From Owenia fusiformis (Eukaryota), in NCBI GenBank assembly GCA_903813345.2, contig CAIIXF020000001.1, positions 48,236,001 through 48,300,000 on the forward strand: 64,000 nt of DNA, given 5' to 3'. Positions 61,286-64,000 of this stretch are shown piece after piece. The translations under genes were made by a program, and so were the position numbers. Positions within the stretch are counted from its first letter, which is position 1; every line of letters starts with the position of its first letter. The notes under the pieces are model-generated. The model saw only the letters and a list, made by a program, of their open reading frames with translations, was not told the DNA's origin and ran no database searches.

Positions 61286-63138
61286 GGGTTTGTGTAAAAA
61301 ACCGGGTGACCGGGTAACTGGGTGACCGGGTACTTAAAGTTCCTAGCAGGGTTAGGAATTTTTTTGTTTATAACGCTGGATCTGGACGATACATGTGCAT
61401 TATTTTCGACGTCACGTGTTGAGGTTATTTCACATTGTAAGAACGTTTTGACAAAGTTAACTTTTAACGTTAAAATAACGTCGGTAATGAACCGATTTAG
61501 TGAGAACATATTGACGTCTTTGTAACGTTTCCTTAACTCACAAATATTTTGAAGCCATTTCCACAATGTTGAAATTGAACCATCCATCGACGTTTTGCTG
61601 AGTATCTAAATAACGTCATATCAATACGGACCATGAACGTCATTATTGACGTCACGTTTTGAGGTTATTTCAAATCGAAAAAACGTTTCGACAATGTTAA
61701 AAATACGTCGGAAATGAACCAACGTAGTGAGAACACAAAGTTTTTGACATGTTTTTTTTCCACCAACAAATATTTTGAAATTAAAAGCCTGTTTTGACAA
61801 CGTTGAATGTTAACGTTTGAGTTACGTCACATATGGACCAATGTAGTCAAAAATTAAACGTTCCTGTTTGTTATGTTTTCCACACTTTACGGACTTTACG
61901 AACTTTACGGACACGTTACAACAACATTCTTTTTATACCATCAATAGATGTCTCATGTTTACGTTGCCTCCTTCTATAAAGAACGAAAATGTGCAACGTC
62001 TTCTAGGAACTTATATGCTACTTATTAGGGGTCCCGCGATTCATCGATATATCGATGCATCGGCTCGTTTGGTGACGATACGAGACTATCGATACGAAGA
62101 CTCAAATATCGATACACCAAAAATATTATTTACATACCTGAAATCCATCATATTTTGCCGAAATCTACTGAATATTTGACTTTTTTGAGAAATTGTTCTT
62201 ATATTTTTTGTTTGGTTTCTCGCTGGACATGACACGCCCAAAATGTTGTATAAATACAAACAGAATGCTTAGCGGATTGACAGGCAAAATGCGAACAAAT
62301 AACTCGTGTCTTCTATGTCTTCATATATCAACGTACTTTGTTTTATATTTATTCTATATACTTTTTGACAATTTAGTATGAATAAATATAATCTTTGAAC
62401 TTTTTATTCGATAGAACGCCGCGTTAAAAAATTGCCTACTAATATTGATAATTCTAATAAAAAACCGAACAATATTTACGTTCGAAGTATTAATGTTGAC
62501 CGGAGTTTAGAAATTGAAACTTTTTGAAAGTTTTGAAAACAATTGATAGAATTATGGCCATGTAAATATCAAACATGGGTAGTTGTGATATCCTAATATG
62601 GCCCCTAATAGAAAATCTACTGTAGTACTTTGTAACATTCCTCAGTAAAGGGAAAGCACGGCCGGACTTCAAAAAATATTGCAAAATACATAGCTGGCTA
62701 CTATGCAGCAGGTAGGCTTGATACTTCTTGACAATAGTTTTTATGCTGCATCTTAATCAAATGCCACAGCAAGTATTAGACTTTCAACTCGACCTCAGCT
62801 ACGTCAGTTTTGCAACCCCCCCCCCCTTCCCCGGTTCAACTACACTATTATGTATCGTATCGTGACCTGAGTATCGAGATACGTATCGTATCGTTTCATA
62901 ATGTATCGTGGGACCCCTACTACTTATGAGCAACGTGACATGGACGTCACTGTTTGCTGGATCAACTATTTTAAAAAGTGCTCTGTCTCGTATAGGGTAA
63001 AAATATCGAACAGCAGTGCACTCGGTAGTCTGTCAAGTCAATTCGCTACTATATATCGGGGGAAATGTGGAACTTTGAAAGTTGGTAACCCTGCTAGGAA
63101 TGTTAGGTACCTGGTCGACCGGTTTTTTACACAAACCC
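61286..63138. mobile_element. Mutator-like non-autonomous element with 9-bp TSD
   Basis: gggtttgtgtaaaaaaccgg...ttcctagcagggtta pairs with taaccctgctaggaa...ccggttttttacacaaaccc; TSD cggggataa at 61277-61285 and 63139-63147. Confidence 0.88.
62026..62919. mobile_element. hAT-like non-autonomous element with 8-bp TSD, nested
   Basis: taggggtcccgcgat ... atcgtgggaccccta; cgata/tatcg subterminal repeats; TSD ctacttat at 62018-62025 and 62920-62927. Confidence 0.9.
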
Positions 63139-64000
63139 CGGGGATAACATGAAATAAGCGAAAAACTGTTGAGTTTGAAATTCAAAACTACACAAGATTT
63201 AGTAATTTGTTCATTTTTGTTGTTAGGGCATGGTCTACATTGCCTAACGACCTCGGGGAATATAGATGTAACCTACATACGATCATAAAAAGCCAATTGA
63301 GCATTGGAAACCACCTAATATGTTCTACCTAAGCCATAATATTGTATTTTTAATTTGCAGTTACGCAAAAAATTGATTAACGGTTACGCGAACCTCGTTC
63401 AAATATGTATCCCAGATTCATTGTTATTAATTTTGTACATCAGTACTTGATGCTAATTCTTCTTTTGCCTCTTCATTGCTATCTTTTTGACTTAAATTGG
63501 TTTCATAAATAAAGCAAGACACAATTTTTTCCTTATCGTATAGAGGCTCAAACAAGACGAACTCCCATGCAGTGTCTCGGTATAGACACTGCGGCGGGCA
63601 GATGAAGCAAATCCCCAAAATTTGGGGAAAATAGTTCCCCTTTTCATCATATATGTGGTCAATTTTCACACAACTTATAAAATATGTATTCATGAATGTT
63701 CCCCAAACATTATTTTGTCAAAATATTTCAAAATTATTGAAATATGAGAAGAAATCACGGCGGAAGGGATTCTGAGTAAAAGTTGTGTTGATAATAGTTT
63801 ACCGCACATGTTGTTTATTAGTTAATACGCGCAATTCAACCAATGAAATTGTCTAGATTTTACAATCATGCGACCTGAGCATGGGACTAGAACCAATCAT
63901 GTCAGTTGTTTATTACGAAGTTACCATGCTTACGGTGAGATACCTGCCCGCCGCAGTGATATATCACTGCACGGGAGTTCTCAAACAAGAGTGTCTCTTG

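Overview
AT-rich, intron- and repeat-rich eukaryotic DNA; the repeat landscape suggests a lophotrochozoan, probably a mollusc (inference). Two spliced genes can be reconstructed by hand on the minus strand. (1) A complete RFX1/2/3 (DAF-19-type) winged-helix transcription factor, CDS 17977->4315, about 745 aa. Both exons encoding its DNA-binding domain are tandemly duplicated: 7a 11491-11672 and 7b 11058-11239 (182 nt each), then 8a 9263-9382 and 8b 9105-9212 (only 50 nt apart). The layout fits two adjacent mutually exclusive exon pairs that could give up to four RFX DNA-binding domains from one gene. The cassettes are flanked by RBFOX/STAR-type splicing motifs and X-box-like RFX sites. (2) The 3' ~340 codons of a multi-pass membrane protein gene (38319->31157, GxYxxY...WE...RK...RPY signature) that the ORF track almost entirely misses; its 5' end is unresolved. 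The rest is dominated by transposons: a near full-length APE/RT LINE with a 2A-like peptide and PHD finger, two truncated LINEs, Helentron/HINE-like elements with internal tandem arrays, and non-autonomous TIR elements with TA, 5-, 7-, 8- and 9-bp target duplications, several of them nested. All models come from manual reading and have no transcript support.
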